Shown here: one piece after another, positions 26,802 to 35,752 of the stretch | Layout: each line of letters begins with the position of its first letter | How positions within the stretch are numbered: position 1 is the first letter of the stretch | Origin: a virus | Reading direction: 5' to 3' (one strand) | DNA: 47,037 nt | Virus genome (UHGV): UHGV-0206534 | Position numbers and translations under genes: made by a program | The notes under the pieces: generated by a model | What the model saw: the letters and a program-made list of their open reading frames with translations, nothing else | Database searches by the model: none | Told to the model about the DNA's origin: nothing

Positions 26802-27133
26802 CGAGATGGAGCTATACGCAGCCATGCACAATCTGGCGGCTTACCGGCAAGGATAAGTATGGCAAGCCAACATTTGCCGCGCCAGAATCCATCATGTGTG
26901 ATTATGGCTTCGATAAGAATCTGACCACCGGCACGGCTGGCAATGAGATTGCACAGAAAAACACATTCTGGACGGAATACCAGAATGCGTCTGTTGGCGA
27001 CTTCATCATGCTTGGCACCATTACCAGTGCTGACCCGCTGGCCGCTGGAGCTGACCAGATTAGAAACGTCGTGAATTACGGCAATACGCTAGACCGCAAT
27101 GACCTGCCTGACTTTGCGCTGGTAACGGGGTAA
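26789..27133 (+). CDS. Putative head-tail adaptor protein (114 aa)
   Basis: Position in the head-tail joining block. Confidence 0.35.
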   Translation: MSAIARWSYTQPCTIWRLTGKDKYGKPTFAAPESIMCDYGFDKNLTTGTAGNEIAQKNTFWTEYQNASVGDFIMLGTITSADPLAAGADQIRNVVNYGNTLDRNDLPDFALVTG

Positions 27134-27136
27134 TGT

Positions 27137-27604
27137 ATGGCCGCCAAAATGAGAGGTATCCAGCAGGCTATTAAGCGCACCCAGCAGATAGTCGGCGAGA
27201 TTACTGGTGAGAAGGCTGTACGGGCTATAAAGAGCGCTAACTTTATTATCCGCACTGAGGCGGCCAGCATGACGCCTGTTGACACATCCAATCTCATAAA
27301 CAGTCAATATGATACTGTTGAGGTGAATGGCACCCGTATAACCGGGAAGATAGGGTATACAGCAAAATATGCCCTGTATGTGCACAATGCGCCAGGTACG
27401 CTAAAGGGACAACCTCGCGCCCACTTTGGCAAGACAAGTAACCGCTCTGAATTCGGGCCGCAGCAGGTTAGGGAGTTTGGTGGAGGTTCATTGCAGGGAA
27501 ACTATTGGGACCCGAGCGGCGAGCCTAAATTCCTCCTCAAGGCTGGCGAAAACACACGCGAGCTTGTCGATCAGGTAATTAAAAAAGAGATGACACTAAA
27601 ATGA
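27137..27604 (+). CDS. HK97 gp10-like head-tail joining protein
   Basis: KYALYVHNAPG resembles the gp10-family YAAYVEFGT segment. 155 aa. Confidence 0.5.
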   Translation: MAAKMRGIQQAIKRTQQIVGEITGEKAVRAIKSANFIIRTEAASMTPVDTSNLINSQYDTVEVNGTRITGKIGYTAKYALYVHNAPGTLKGQPRAHFGKTSNRSEFGPQQVREFGGGSLQGNYWDPSGEPKFLLKAGENTRELVDQVIKKEMTLK

Positions 27605-27984
27605 GAGATATGCTTGAGCTTGTTGACCAGTACCTTAGCGATGCCGGTCTTTATGATGGGTGGACTTCTCAGCTTGAGTTCTGGAACGATACCGAAGTTG
27701 GCACAGACCGGTTTATGGTGCTGCAATCCAATGGCGGTACGAACGTAAGCAAAGACCTCAGCAATGATTATTATTTTTCGCTCTATGTTGTTGGTCAGCA
27801 AGGTCAGTACAACATCGAGGAAACAAAAGCAAAAGCGCTTGATGTAATCTCATATATCAAAGAGCATCCCGTTGATAGCTGCATTGGTATGATTCAGTTG
27901 CAGGCTCCGCTTGGTCGCCCGACTCTTACGACAGAGAAAAGGCCTGTTTATGAATTGTTGCTGAGGGTTGTTTTTGGTGAATAG
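27601..27984 (+). CDS. Putative tail completion/terminator protein (127 aa)
   Basis: ATGA overlap with the gp10-like gene. Last gene before a terminator. Confidence 0.35.
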   Translation: MRDMLELVDQYLSDAGLYDGWTSQLEFWNDTEVGTDRFMVLQSNGGTNVSKDLSNDYYFSLYVVGQQGQYNIEETKAKALDVISYIKEHPVDSCIGMIQLQAPLGRPTLTTEKRPVYELLLRVVFGE

Positions 27985-28010
27985 AAAAGGCCGCTGATGA
28001 GCGGCTTTTA
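27985..28010. terminator. Bidirectional rho-independent terminator
   Basis: AAAAGGCCGCTGATGAGCGGCTTTTAAT. Confidence 0.75.
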
Positions 28011-28202
28011 ATAGTCATTGCTACATAATAAATAATCAATGGCATCGCCAAGAGATTCGAATCTTGCATCATATCTCCCGGCAGAATTTGCAACAACATA
28101 CCACTTACCTACCTTTGATATGCCAGCAATCCTGCTATTATTTTTGTCAGCTATGCGCCAGTAATCATCGTGGATTTTTTGTATTTGTATCATTGCGCTC
28201 AC
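28008..28202 (-). CDS. Hypothetical protein (64 aa) downstream of the tRNA cluster
   Basis: ORF between the tRNAs and the terminator. Confidence 0.4.
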   Translation of the reverse strand: MSAMIQIQKIHDDYWRIADKNNSRIAGISKVGKWYVVANSAGRYDARFESLGDAIDYLLCSNDY

Positions 28203-28208
28203 CGAAGA

Positions 28209-28285
28209 TGGTTACCGCGACAGGATTCGAACCTGTAATCATCCGATTATGAGTCTGGTGCTTTAACCAGTTAAGCTAAACGGGA
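28209..28285 (-). tRNA. tRNA-Met-like (anticodon CAU), possibly degenerate
   Basis: Canonical T-arm ACAGG-TTCGAAT-CCTGT, D-arm GCTT/AAGC and anticodon loop CTCATAA, with encoded CCA. The acceptor stem has 2 mismatches and the anticodon stem 2 mispairs. Confidence 0.5.
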
Positions 28286-28288
28286 ATT

Positions 28289-28366
28289 TGGTGCACCATA
28301 CTGGATTCGAACCAGTGACCCACGGCTTAGAAGGCCGTTGCTGCTATCCTGCTGGGCTAATGGTGC
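28289..28366 (-). tRNA. tRNA-Arg (anticodon UCU)
   Basis: Acceptor GCACCAT/ATGGTGC, anticodon stem ACGGC/GCCGT, loop CTTCTAA, T-loop GGTTCGAATCC and encoded CCA. The D-stem is weak. Confidence 0.7.
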
Positions 28367-28372
28367 TGAATG

Positions 28373-28460
28373 TGGCGGATAGTACAGGATTCGAACCTGT
28401 GAACCGTTTCCGGTTTATCGGTTAGCAACCGACTGCTTTCGGCCTCTCAGCCAACTATCC
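28373..28460 (-). tRNA. tRNA-Ser (anticodon GCU), type II with long variable arm
   Basis: Acceptor GGATAGT/ACTATCC, anticodon stem GTCGG/CCGAT, loop TTGCTAA, long variable arm, T-loop GGTTCGAATCC and encoded CCA. Confidence 0.7.
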
Positions 28461-28567
28461 GTGTTGTTGTGGTGGCCGGCGCTGATCTCCGGCATTGGAC
28501 GGTGGCACATATTCCAATTCTCACTGATTTAACAGCCGCACCAGCGCATCAGCCTACGCATTCACCA

Positions 28568-28925
28568 CAACGGAAAGAGCACTGACTTCGAGCAGACCTT
28601 GGGCCCAAGAACGACGATCAATCTCAATGCTCTTACCTGTTGTGTGCCCTGATTTATTAATCACATCTCAGGGCCGCAATGCGCCGAATTCATTGACAAG
28701 GAGTCGGAAGACCCTGCTGGTGTTTAGCTGTTAGGCTACTGCCAGATACATTTCTTCGTTTGCATTTATCTTTGTGGTCAGTTTCTAAAAACCCGCAAAG
28801 TCGCACCGAAAACTATCGGAAAGAGCACTCAGTTGTACCTGCCAGTTGTGCCACTAGGAAACGCTTTCGCAGACCGTTAAGCTCTTTGCAAGTTCTTTAA
28901 TGCTCTTACCTGTTGGTTGCCGGTT
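28568..28925. repeat. Two copies of a ~80-110 bp unit carrying an internal inverted repeat (GGAAAGAGCAC ... ATGCTCTTACCTGTTG)
   Basis: Unit A is at 28568-28650 and unit B at 28812-28925. The region is noncoding. Stems AAGAGCA/TGCTCTT flank ~50-nt loops. Confidence 0.5.
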
Positions 28926-29009
28926 ACGCGTCCGGCGTCTTTCGACCGCTAATTCGATCACTTCTTCAATTTTGCGTTGTAATGTCGCTATACCATGACC
29001 CTTTATCAT
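28854..29009 (-). CDS. Possible 51-aa basic ORF (HTH-like; may be a gene remnant)
   Basis: MIKGHGIATLQRKIEEVIELAVERRRTRNRQPTGKSIKELAKSL. A paralogous fragment (…TTGKSIEIDRR…) is readable in repeat unit A. Weak RBS. Confidence 0.2.
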   Translation of the reverse strand: MIKGHGIATLQRKIEEVIELAVERRRTRNRQPTGKSIKELAKSLTVCESVS

Positions 29010-29169
29010 GTGCGCCTGCGCATTTTAGCGCTTCGCCGGTATTTTTTTTGATGAGGATTGTATCGTTAATCTCCTCTATCATTCCTGGACTTACCTCAAC
29101 GCTAAGGATTACCAGTAGCGACATTATAATTAACTCAATCAAGTTAACCTCCTGTGCTGTTTATTTAAA

Positions 29170-29210
29170 TCTACACCACCAATCAAAACCTGTCAACATG
29201 ATATAATGCG
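29170..29210 (+). promoter_or_regulatory. Promoter of the major tail gene (-10 TATAAT at 29203-29208); partial conserved element AAATCTACACC
   Basis: Perfect TATAAT 34 bp upstream of the ATG. RBS AGAGGA. Confidence 0.45.
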
Positions 29211-29241
29211 ATTGTTTAGCTAAACACAGAGGATTCTAAAC

Positions 29242-29997
29242 ATGGCTATTTGTGCAAATGATAACGGCATCATCACAGGTCGCCAGTCGCTCATTGAGCT
29301 GGCTGATGGCTGCTGGGATGCTGTGCCAGCAGAGGAAGACTGGAAGTTTTTTGCTCCCATGACCTCAAAAGGCGTCGACTTCAGCCCAAGCACCACTACC
29401 TCAGAGGCTGATGATGGCGATGGCTTTGTTGCTACGCTGGTCACTACCGCAGACCTCACTATTTCTGGTGATTTTGAAGTTCGCAAGGCTGACAAGGCTG
29501 ATGAGTATGGCGTGCACAACCTCATAAAATACTTTGTCACCGAAGTAAAAGCTCGTCGCCAGCCGTCGCTGTGGGTTCGCCAGACCACCGGCAATACCGT
29601 TGTCGTTGCTTACTGCAACATTACCGCTCTGAGCTACGATGGCGGCACCAACGACATCATCACCGGCTCAGTTGAATTCAAGCCGTATGATGGCTCTACC
29701 GTTGACGTGTCCAGCATCGAAGATTTGACGCTGACCACTGATATCAGTGCAACCAAAAGCGTTGCCACTGGCGCCACTCTGACGCTCGGTCCGGTAGTTG
29801 CGGCTGGCGGTGTCGAGCCTTATACCTACCAATGGTATAAAGGCACTACGCCGATCAGCGGCGCCACTACCGACACGTTCACCAAGGCCACTGCTGCCGC
29901 AGGTGATGCTGGTACGTACTTCTGCCGCGTGATGGACTCGGCAACCAGTCCTGATTATGTTGACTCAACCAAGTGTGTTGTTACCGTTACGGCATAA
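29242..29997 (+). CDS. Major tail (tube) protein with C-terminal Ig-like domain
   Basis: 251 aa. C-terminal YTYQWYKGTTPISGATTDTF...AGTYFCRV is an Ig (I-set/Big)-like fold signature. Followed by a strong terminator. Confidence 0.65.
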   Translation: MAICANDNGIITGRQSLIELADGCWDAVPAEEDWKFFAPMTSKGVDFSPSTTTSEADDGDGFVATLVTTADLTISGDFEVRKADKADEYGVHNLIKYFVTEVKARRQPSLWVRQTTGNTVVVAYCNITALSYDGGTNDIITGSVEFKPYDGSTVDVSSIEDLTLTTDISATKSVATGATLTLGPVVAAGGVEPYTYQWYKGTTPISGATTDTFTKATAAAGDAGTYFCRVMDSATSPDYVDSTKCVVTVTA

Positions 29998-30027
29998 AGA
30001 AAACCCCCGAAAGGGGGTTTATTTTTT
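29998..30027 (+). terminator. Rho-independent terminator
   Basis: AAACCCCCGAAAGGGGGTTTATTTTTT. Confidence 0.8.
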
Positions 30028-30061
30028 CAGCAATGAAGATGCACGGATTCTTGAAATGCCA

Positions 30062-30361
30062 TCAATGATCGTCATCCTCCTCACTAATCGCAGTATCTAG
30101 CTGGCGGCGCAACATACACAGCGCGCCATGAGGCATAAACTGATTAGCCATCCCATCGAATATCTGGCGGTTTAATTTATTATCAATACGCGGCCTGATT
30201 GCAGACCAGCATGACCTGATTGCGCGATTTACCTGGCGGCGCTCCAGCATTGCGAGTCGTGCAGCTAACTCAATGGTCACAAGCGCATCAAGATACTGCT
30301 CGCAGGCGTAGCGGCTTTCGTCATCCATGATTAGCCTCATATACAGCTCGCGCAAATCCAC
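30062..30361 (-). CDS. Hypothetical protein (99 aa)
   Basis: Last gene of the inverted operon inside the tail module. Confidence 0.45.
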   Translation of the reverse strand: MDLRELYMRLIMDDESRYACEQYLDALVTIELAARLAMLERRQVNRAIRSCWSAIRPRIDNKLNRQIFDGMANQFMPHGALCMLRRQLDTAISEEDDDH

Positions 30362-30977
30362 GAGGGGTTAATGAGCGAAGTTGTTTTGTGCGCTTAGATT
30401 TGCCACCAAGATATGCCCACCCCCAAAACTTACCAATATGAGGCACCGGCCTTTTATCTGGCATGGCAAATCCATTTCCGCACCAGATGCACGTTTTTTT
30501 AGTGTAGGCATCACGCGCAGGCATGCGAGGGTGAAAAGTATCTTCCTCTCCAGTCATGTAGCCGCCGTACTCGAACGGGTGGAAATAATGGTCAGGTTTG
30601 CGCCAGTAGGTTGATAGCTTTCCAACTGGGTTTTCAACCATCCAAGGACAGCCGAAAACGTTACCAAGTCTTTCCGCCACCTTTGCCGTTGCTACTGCGC
30701 CGAGAATCTGCATAGTTGAGCGGCTGTGCTTCTCGCCGCTTCCGGCAAGTTCAGTGCAGGACGGGAAAGCGAAAATGATATCCGGCGCTGGATAATCAGA
30801 AAAATCTGAACGAGGAGTAATGAACTTATTCACGTAAACAAGATTAGGATACCGCATTTTAATTTTGTATTCGCCGTGGTCAGCTTCGTCTGCGTTAAAA
30901 CAATAAACCGCGTGCCCTGCATCAGCCCACGGCTTCACCATAATTCCAGACCCGTCAAAAAGTGACCATACAACCAT
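30321..30977 (-). CDS. DNA (cytosine-5)-methyltransferase, short form
   Basis: Motif I SLFDGSGI, motif IV AFPSCTELAGSG (PC), motif VI MVENPVG (ENV), motif X LTPRGFARAV. 218 aa. Confidence 0.65.
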   Translation of the reverse strand: MVVWSLFDGSGIMVKPWADAGHAVYCFNADEADHGEYKIKMRYPNLVYVNKFITPRSDFSDYPAPDIIFAFPSCTELAGSGEKHSRSTMQILGAVATAKVAERLGNVFGCPWMVENPVGKLSTYWRKPDHYFHPFEYGGYMTGEEDTFHPRMPARDAYTKKTCIWCGNGFAMPDKRPVPHIGKFWGWAYLGGKSKRTKQLRSLTPRGFARAVYEANHG

Positions 30978-30979
30978 CT

Positions 30980-31108
30980 TTAATCCTCCACCACTACGCC
31001 AATCTTCGCCAGCAACAAAATCGCCTTTACGCGTGCCTCTTCATAGGTGTAGCCCTGGTCAATGTAAAGGTCGATGTAAAATCTCAAATCAGCATCAGTC
31101 TCGTTCAT
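30980..31108 (-). CDS. Hypothetical small acidic protein (42 aa)
   Basis: ATGA overlap with the Imm-like gene. Confidence 0.3.
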   Translation of the reverse strand: MNETDADLRFYIDLYIDQGYTYEEARVKAILLLAKIGVVVED

Positions 31109-31404
31109 TTTTTATCACTCACATTAATCAAAGACCAAGCCAGACAGCCGACGAACCCTACCATTGTCCCGCCGAAGAAAAGGTTAAGCACCGCTATTGC
31201 CATGGTATTTCTATGCTGCCTTGATGCGGCAATGCATGTAGGAATCATGTAAATAAAGCACGCAGCAACCACCGATAGTGAAACGATAATCATATCAGCA
31301 GCATATGAATAACTAAACGAAAATACCGGCTTTACAAAACCCATCATAACCATTGCCTGCGCAACAATCCCAACCACCAGAACCAAAACAATAAACTTTT
31401 TCAT
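31105..31404 (-). CDS. Superinfection immunity (Imm-like) membrane protein
   Basis: Three TM helices. SRQHRNTMAIAVLNLFFGGTMVGFVGCLAW matches the Imm_superinfect signature (HRN...AI..LN.F.G.T..G). Confidence 0.55.
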   Translation of the reverse strand: MKKFIVLVLVVGIVAQAMVMMGFVKPVFSFSYSYAADMIIVSLSVVAACFIYMIPTCIAASRQHRNTMAIAVLNLFFGGTMVGFVGCLAWSLINVSDKK

Positions 31405-31427
31405 GTGAACACCCTCCGTTTCGACAC

Positions 31428-31475
31428 CTCAATCTACGTCAGTCTTGCGCACCCTGTCAATGGTATAATTACGTC
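31428..31475. promoter_or_regulatory. Divergent promoter region: conserved element CTCAATCTACGTCAG plus rightward -10 TATAAT
   Basis: On the minus strand, TTGACA, an 18-bp spacer and TAGATT. On the plus strand, TATAAT at ~31466. Confidence 0.5.
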
Positions 31476-31497
31476 ATTATGAAAACAGGATTCAGAT

Positions 31498-32205
31498 ATG
31501 AGACAACGCACACCGCTAACAGAAATCGGAGAGATTCGCATCTCCCTGGCTGACAAGTCTTTTTTCTTCAAACCATCATTTGCTGCGATGAATGAGCTTG
31601 GCTCGCCGAAAGAGATTGTCGAGCTGTACGCTACGCTGAATGGCTATGAATACGCAGCCATACTCGGTGCCATTCAGTCAATGCCGTATGGCGCGCAGAT
31701 TCAGGTGGCAAAAATCCTGTCACGTCCTGCCTATGGTAAGAAAGTGCTCAGCGCAGCCTGCCTCATCATGCAGTCCTGTTGCGATGATGATATTTCGGTG
31801 CTCATTGGGTCATGGAAGCCGACTCCGCGTGGTGTGAAGTACGTCACCGGAAGAATGCCGGTAAATGACATTATTATTATTGCTCGCAACCTGATGGAGC
31901 ATGGCATCATCGGCAAGTCTCCGCTCAAGGTTCCTCAGCGCTCGGAAAACCAAAAGCGCACAACAAGTGAACTGAGAATGTCTGATTACATCATCTCAGC
32001 TCGCACTCACTTCGGAATCACCCGTGAGGAAGCCGAAGACCTGACCATGACCGAGTATCAGCAGATGATAAAATCAAAATACCCGGAACCGGAAGGCATG
32101 ACGCGCGAGCAGTATGATGCGTCTTATGAGCGGGCCAAGCTGAATAAACAGAAACTGAAAGAGAAAGCCGCCAGAAAGGCCGCTAAAAGCAAAGGAGCAA
32201 AATAA
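31498..32205 (+). CDS. Putative tail assembly chaperone
   Basis: 235-aa protein immediately upstream of the tape measure. Basic C-terminus. Confidence 0.45.
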   Translation: MRQRTPLTEIGEIRISLADKSFFFKPSFAAMNELGSPKEIVELYATLNGYEYAAILGAIQSMPYGAQIQVAKILSRPAYGKKVLSAACLIMQSCCDDDISVLIGSWKPTPRGVKYVTGRMPVNDIIIIARNLMEHGIIGKSPLKVPQRSENQKRTTSELRMSDYIISARTHFGITREEAEDLTMTEYQQMIKSKYPEPEGMTREQYDASYERAKLNKQKLKEKAARKAAKSKGAK

Positions 32206-35200
32206 TGGCAGAAGAAGTTGGCGGCATTGTCTATGAGGTTGGCATGGAGGTCTCGGGCCTCACTGCTGGTGCCAAACAGGCAGAGGATGCGCTGGAGAGC
32301 ATTGACAAGTCAGCGCAGAACTCATCAAAAAGCATGGATAAGCTCGATGGCGCGGCATCATCATCTGGCAAAGAGCTTTCAGCCCTGGCAAAAATTGTAA
32401 GCTCCATTGATGCAACGCTGAAGGATATGGCCTCATCGTCGAAGACTGCCGCCAGTTCAGTAGAAGCTACAACCTCCAGCGTCACCGGTGCAGAGCAAGT
32501 TATTGCAGCCCTAAACCAACAGCTCGCACAGATGCAGCAGGCGCAGGTATCCGCGAATGCAACCGGCCTTGCGCTTCAAAACTCAGTCAATCAGGTCACT
32601 CAGGCAATTCGCGCGCTTGGCGCTCAGTCAACTGAAACAGGTGGCTCAATATCTGGCATTGACAGAATGATTGAGAGTCTTGGAAACCAGATCGCAATCC
32701 TCGACGAACAAGCGGAAAATGGCGCAAGAAGTGCGGCGATACTGGCTGCGCAGCTTCGTGCAGGAGATAGCGCCACTGACGCACAGAAAGCAAAAATAGC
32801 TGAGCTTACTGGCCGCCTGTACGACATGAAAAATGGCACAGAAGCCGCCGGGAAGTCCACTGGTAACTTTAAAAATATAATGCAGCAGGGTGGCTATCAG
32901 ATTCAGGACTTCATTGTTCAGGTTCAGGGTGGTCAGTCTGCGCTTGTGGCATTCAGTCAGCAAGGTTCTCAGCTGGCCGGTGCATTTGGCCCGGCAGAGG
33001 GGGTTTTTGGTGCAGTGATAGCCCTTAGCACGGTAATCGCAGGAACTCTCATAGCATCCCTTAATGGCGGGAAAAGCGCAATGGATTCGCTTAAAGATGC
33101 CGCCGACGCAATGGATAAGGTTATTACGATATCAAGCAGCGGAGTCGCAGCCCTCTCAGATAAGTATGCGAACCTCGCCAGAGTGAACGCAGAAGCGGCA
33201 ACGATATTAAGAAACCAGGCGACAATAGAATACAATGCAGCAATCGCAAAATTGCCAAAAGCAATCGGTGACGCAGCAGATTCATTTATCAGTTTTGGTG
33301 ACAAGGCTAAATCTGCATTTGCTGGAGGCTATGCCTCTGTTGATGGCTTTAATGACAGGTTAAAATCTCTCAATATCACTACCAATGATTATGGCTCAGC
33401 AATGAAGCAGGCTCTTGGAGCTGGTTCTGCATTTAACGCCACCGCTATGAGTATTGGTAACACTGTTGGCGCGGTTGCATCAAAACTCGGACTTTCCGAG
33501 CAGGCGGCGTTTGGCCTGACAAAACAACTTGCTGATCTTAGCGACAACCCATCACCCCAGGCACTACAAACCCTGGTTCTCAGGATTGGTGAGATTATTA
33601 ACTCATCAAAAAACGCAAAGCCTGAATTAATAGAGCTTTACAATAAACTGGTAGACCTTTCTACTGGAGCGTCAAATGCCGCTTTTAACTTTGAACTTCT
33701 GAAGACATCCACTGACAACCTCACGGCCGGGCAAAAAAGCCTTGTGAAACAGTCAGAGAGAAACCTTGCATTATCCAAACTTCAGGGTACTGAGCGGGCG
33801 AAACTTCAGGCGCAGTTCGCAGCAGAAGATGCGGGACTGGCAAAGGATGACCCTATAACCAAAAGGATGATGGATGAAGCTGCCGCAGCGTACAAAAATA
33901 CGGAAGCTATTAAGAAGAACAAAAAGGAGCAGGGTTCAGCTGCGAAAATGGCTGAATCTAATGCTCAAAAGCTGGAAAAATTAAGACAGGAATCAGAGCT
34001 ATCCGCTGACTCAACAACGGAAATGAGCCGGGCACAGGCGATTCTTAATGCTCAGCAATCCTTAAATAAGGGTGCCACTCAGGAGCAGATAAGGCTGGCT
34101 GGCGAGTATGCTGCAAAAAAATGGGATAACGTAAATGCATTAAAGGCTGAAGCGGCCGCAAAAAAATTAAGCCCGGAAACATCTGAAAACGCATCATATC
34201 AGCAAGACCTGAAAGACCTGAAAACAGCTTTAGATGGAAAAAGGATTACACAGGAGCAATACAACCAAATCAGCGAGCAACTTGAGCAGCAGCATCAAGT
34301 GAAAATGGCTCAGATATCAGCCAAGCAAGCTGTCACGCCTCAAATGGAGGCCGCTGGACAAGTTAACCCTGTGCAGGCGCTGGTCAATGAGCAAACCCAA
34401 AAACTTGCACTGATAAAGGCGTATGAGCAGGCTCGGGTGTTAACCCACGACCAGGCAACGGCGTTAATGCAGGCGGCCGATACAGCTTATAAAACAAATC
34501 TGATTAATGCTCAATGGGAAATATGGAGCAACCAAAGCACGCTCAACCAGGCTCTTGCTGCATCTCTTGACGCACTTGGGAATAATGCATCAAGCGCATT
34601 GAGTGGCATCATTACTGGAACGCAGAGCGCGAGCGATGCAGTGCGCTCTCTGGCAAGTTCCGTGGTGAATCAGCTAGTTAACTCATTTTTGCAAATGGGT
34701 ATTCAATGGGTCAAATCTGCAATCATGGGTCAGGCAGCTCAGACATCTGCAATAGCGACCGTTAGCGCGGTTCAGAATGCGGCTGTAGGAACGCAGCTTG
34801 CCGTATCTACTGGTGCAGCTGCTGCAACTACGGCTGCCTGGACTCCGGCAGCCATTATGGCATCCATAGCATCTATGGGTACGGCCGCAAAGATAGGACT
34901 AGCGGCCGTGGCGGCTCTTGGTGTCGCGGCGATAGCCGGGAAGCGTAAAAATGGTGGCCCTGTAAGCGCTGGCTCAATGTACCAGGTCGGCGAAAACGGA
35001 CTCCCCGAGATATTCCAGGCGAGCAATGGGAATCAATACATGATCCCAGGTGACAGTGGGCGAGTTATCAGCAACAAGGATATTTCAGGAGGTGGTAGTG
35101 GTGTTGTGGTTTATAATAATGTCATAAATAACAGCAGTGGCGCTACTGCAACCAGCACGGCTACCGATAATGGAGATGGCACCGTGACCATTGAAACTAT

Positions 35201-35282
35201 CGTGGCAGATATCGAGAATGGTGGCCCGATATCGCAGGCCATTACCAGCAACACCACTGCAACCAGAAGGGCAACAGAATAA
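32205..35282 (+). CDS. Tail tape measure protein
   Basis: 1025 aa, Ala/Gln-rich coiled-coil. Position before the M/L/K-like genes. Confidence 0.85.
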   Translation: MAEEVGGIVYEVGMEVSGLTAGAKQAEDALESIDKSAQNSSKSMDKLDGAASSSGKELSALAKIVSSIDATLKDMASSSKTAASSVEATTSSVTGAEQVIAALNQQLAQMQQAQVSANATGLALQNSVNQVTQAIRALGAQSTETGGSISGIDRMIESLGNQIAILDEQAENGARSAAILAAQLRAGDSATDAQKAKIAELTGRLYDMKNGTEAAGKSTGNFKNIMQQGGYQIQDFIVQVQGGQSALVAFSQQGSQLAGAFGPAEGVFGAVIALSTVIAGTLIASLNGGKSAMDSLKDAADAMDKVITISSSGVAALSDKYANLARVNAEAATILRNQATIEYNAAIAKLPKAIGDAADSFISFGDKAKSAFAGGYASVDGFNDRLKSLNITTNDYGSAMKQALGAGSAFNATAMSIGNTVGAVASKLGLSEQAAFGLTKQLADLSDNPSPQALQTLVLRIGEIINSSKNAKPELIELYNKLVDLSTGASNAAFNFELLKTSTDNLTAGQKSLVKQSERNLALSKLQGTERAKLQAQFAAEDAGLAKDDPITKRMMDEAAAAYKNTEAIKKNKKEQGSAAKMAESNAQKLEKLRQESELSADSTTEMSRAQAILNAQQSLNKGATQEQIRLAGEYAAKKWDNVNALKAEAAAKKLSPETSENASYQQDLKDLKTALDGKRITQEQYNQISEQLEQQHQVKMAQISAKQAVTPQMEAAGQVNPVQALVNEQTQKLALIKAYEQARVLTHDQATALMQAADTAYKTNLINAQWEIWSNQSTLNQALAASLDALGNNASSALSGIITGTQSASDAVRSLASSVVNQLVNSFLQMGIQWVKSAIMGQAAQTSAIATVSAVQNAAVGTQLAVSTGAAAATTAAWTPAAIMASIASMGTAAKIGLAAVAALGVAAIAGKRKNGGPVSAGSMYQVGENGLPEIFQASNGNQYMIPGDSGRVISNKDISGGGSGVVVYNNVINNSSGATATSTATDNGDGTVTIETIVADIENGGPISQAITSNTTATRRATE

Positions 35283-35752
35283 TGGCTATAGCTTACCCAT
35301 CATGGCTACCGCTTGCTCAGCGTGCCAGCAAGAACATGACGACTCAAACCCCATTCCGCAGCGATCAGCCTGCGGTTGGGGCGCCAATATTTCAAAAGTT
35401 AACTACCGATGTTGCAGTAACATGGAGTTTGACATGGGTTTTCACGCTCAAGCAGGAGCGGGCATTTATGCAGTGGTTGAGAAGCCCAAACTATCTCAAC
35501 AAGTGCAATGAATGGTTCACGATGGATATCGATCTTGGTGGCAGCGGATTACAGAATCAGACTTTGCACTTTACTGATTACCCCGTGCAGACAAGCATTA
35601 ATGGCGGCATCGTCACATGGACTGGAAATGTCATCTGTAAAACCCTCAATAACTCCATGGATGAGTTTGATGATGTGCTTGTTGAGCTTGATGAGAGATG
35701 GTATTCATGGCTTGATGAAGTCGTTAACAGGGATTTGCCGGAGTATCCATAA
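35282..35752 (+). CDS. Minor tail protein (gpM-like position)
   Basis: ATGA overlap with the tape measure. 156 aa. Confidence 0.5.
   Translation: MAIAYPSWLPLAQRASKNMTTQTPFRSDQPAVGAPIFQKLTTDVAVTWSLTWVFTLKQERAFMQWLRSPNYLNKCNEWFTMDIDLGGSGLQNQTLHFTDYPVQTSINGGIVTWTGNVICKTLNNSMDEFDDVLVELDERWYSWLDEVVNRDLPEYP

Noticed and set aside
28913-29206. 97-aa plus-strand ORF in the noncoding region
   Set aside because: No RBS. The Ser/Leu-rich translation is low-complexity and overlaps the repeat units, so it is unlikely to be real.
32231-33304. Several minus-strand ORFs inside the tape measure gene
   Set aside because: Antisense to a 1025-aa Ala/Gln-rich gene. These are low-complexity artefacts.
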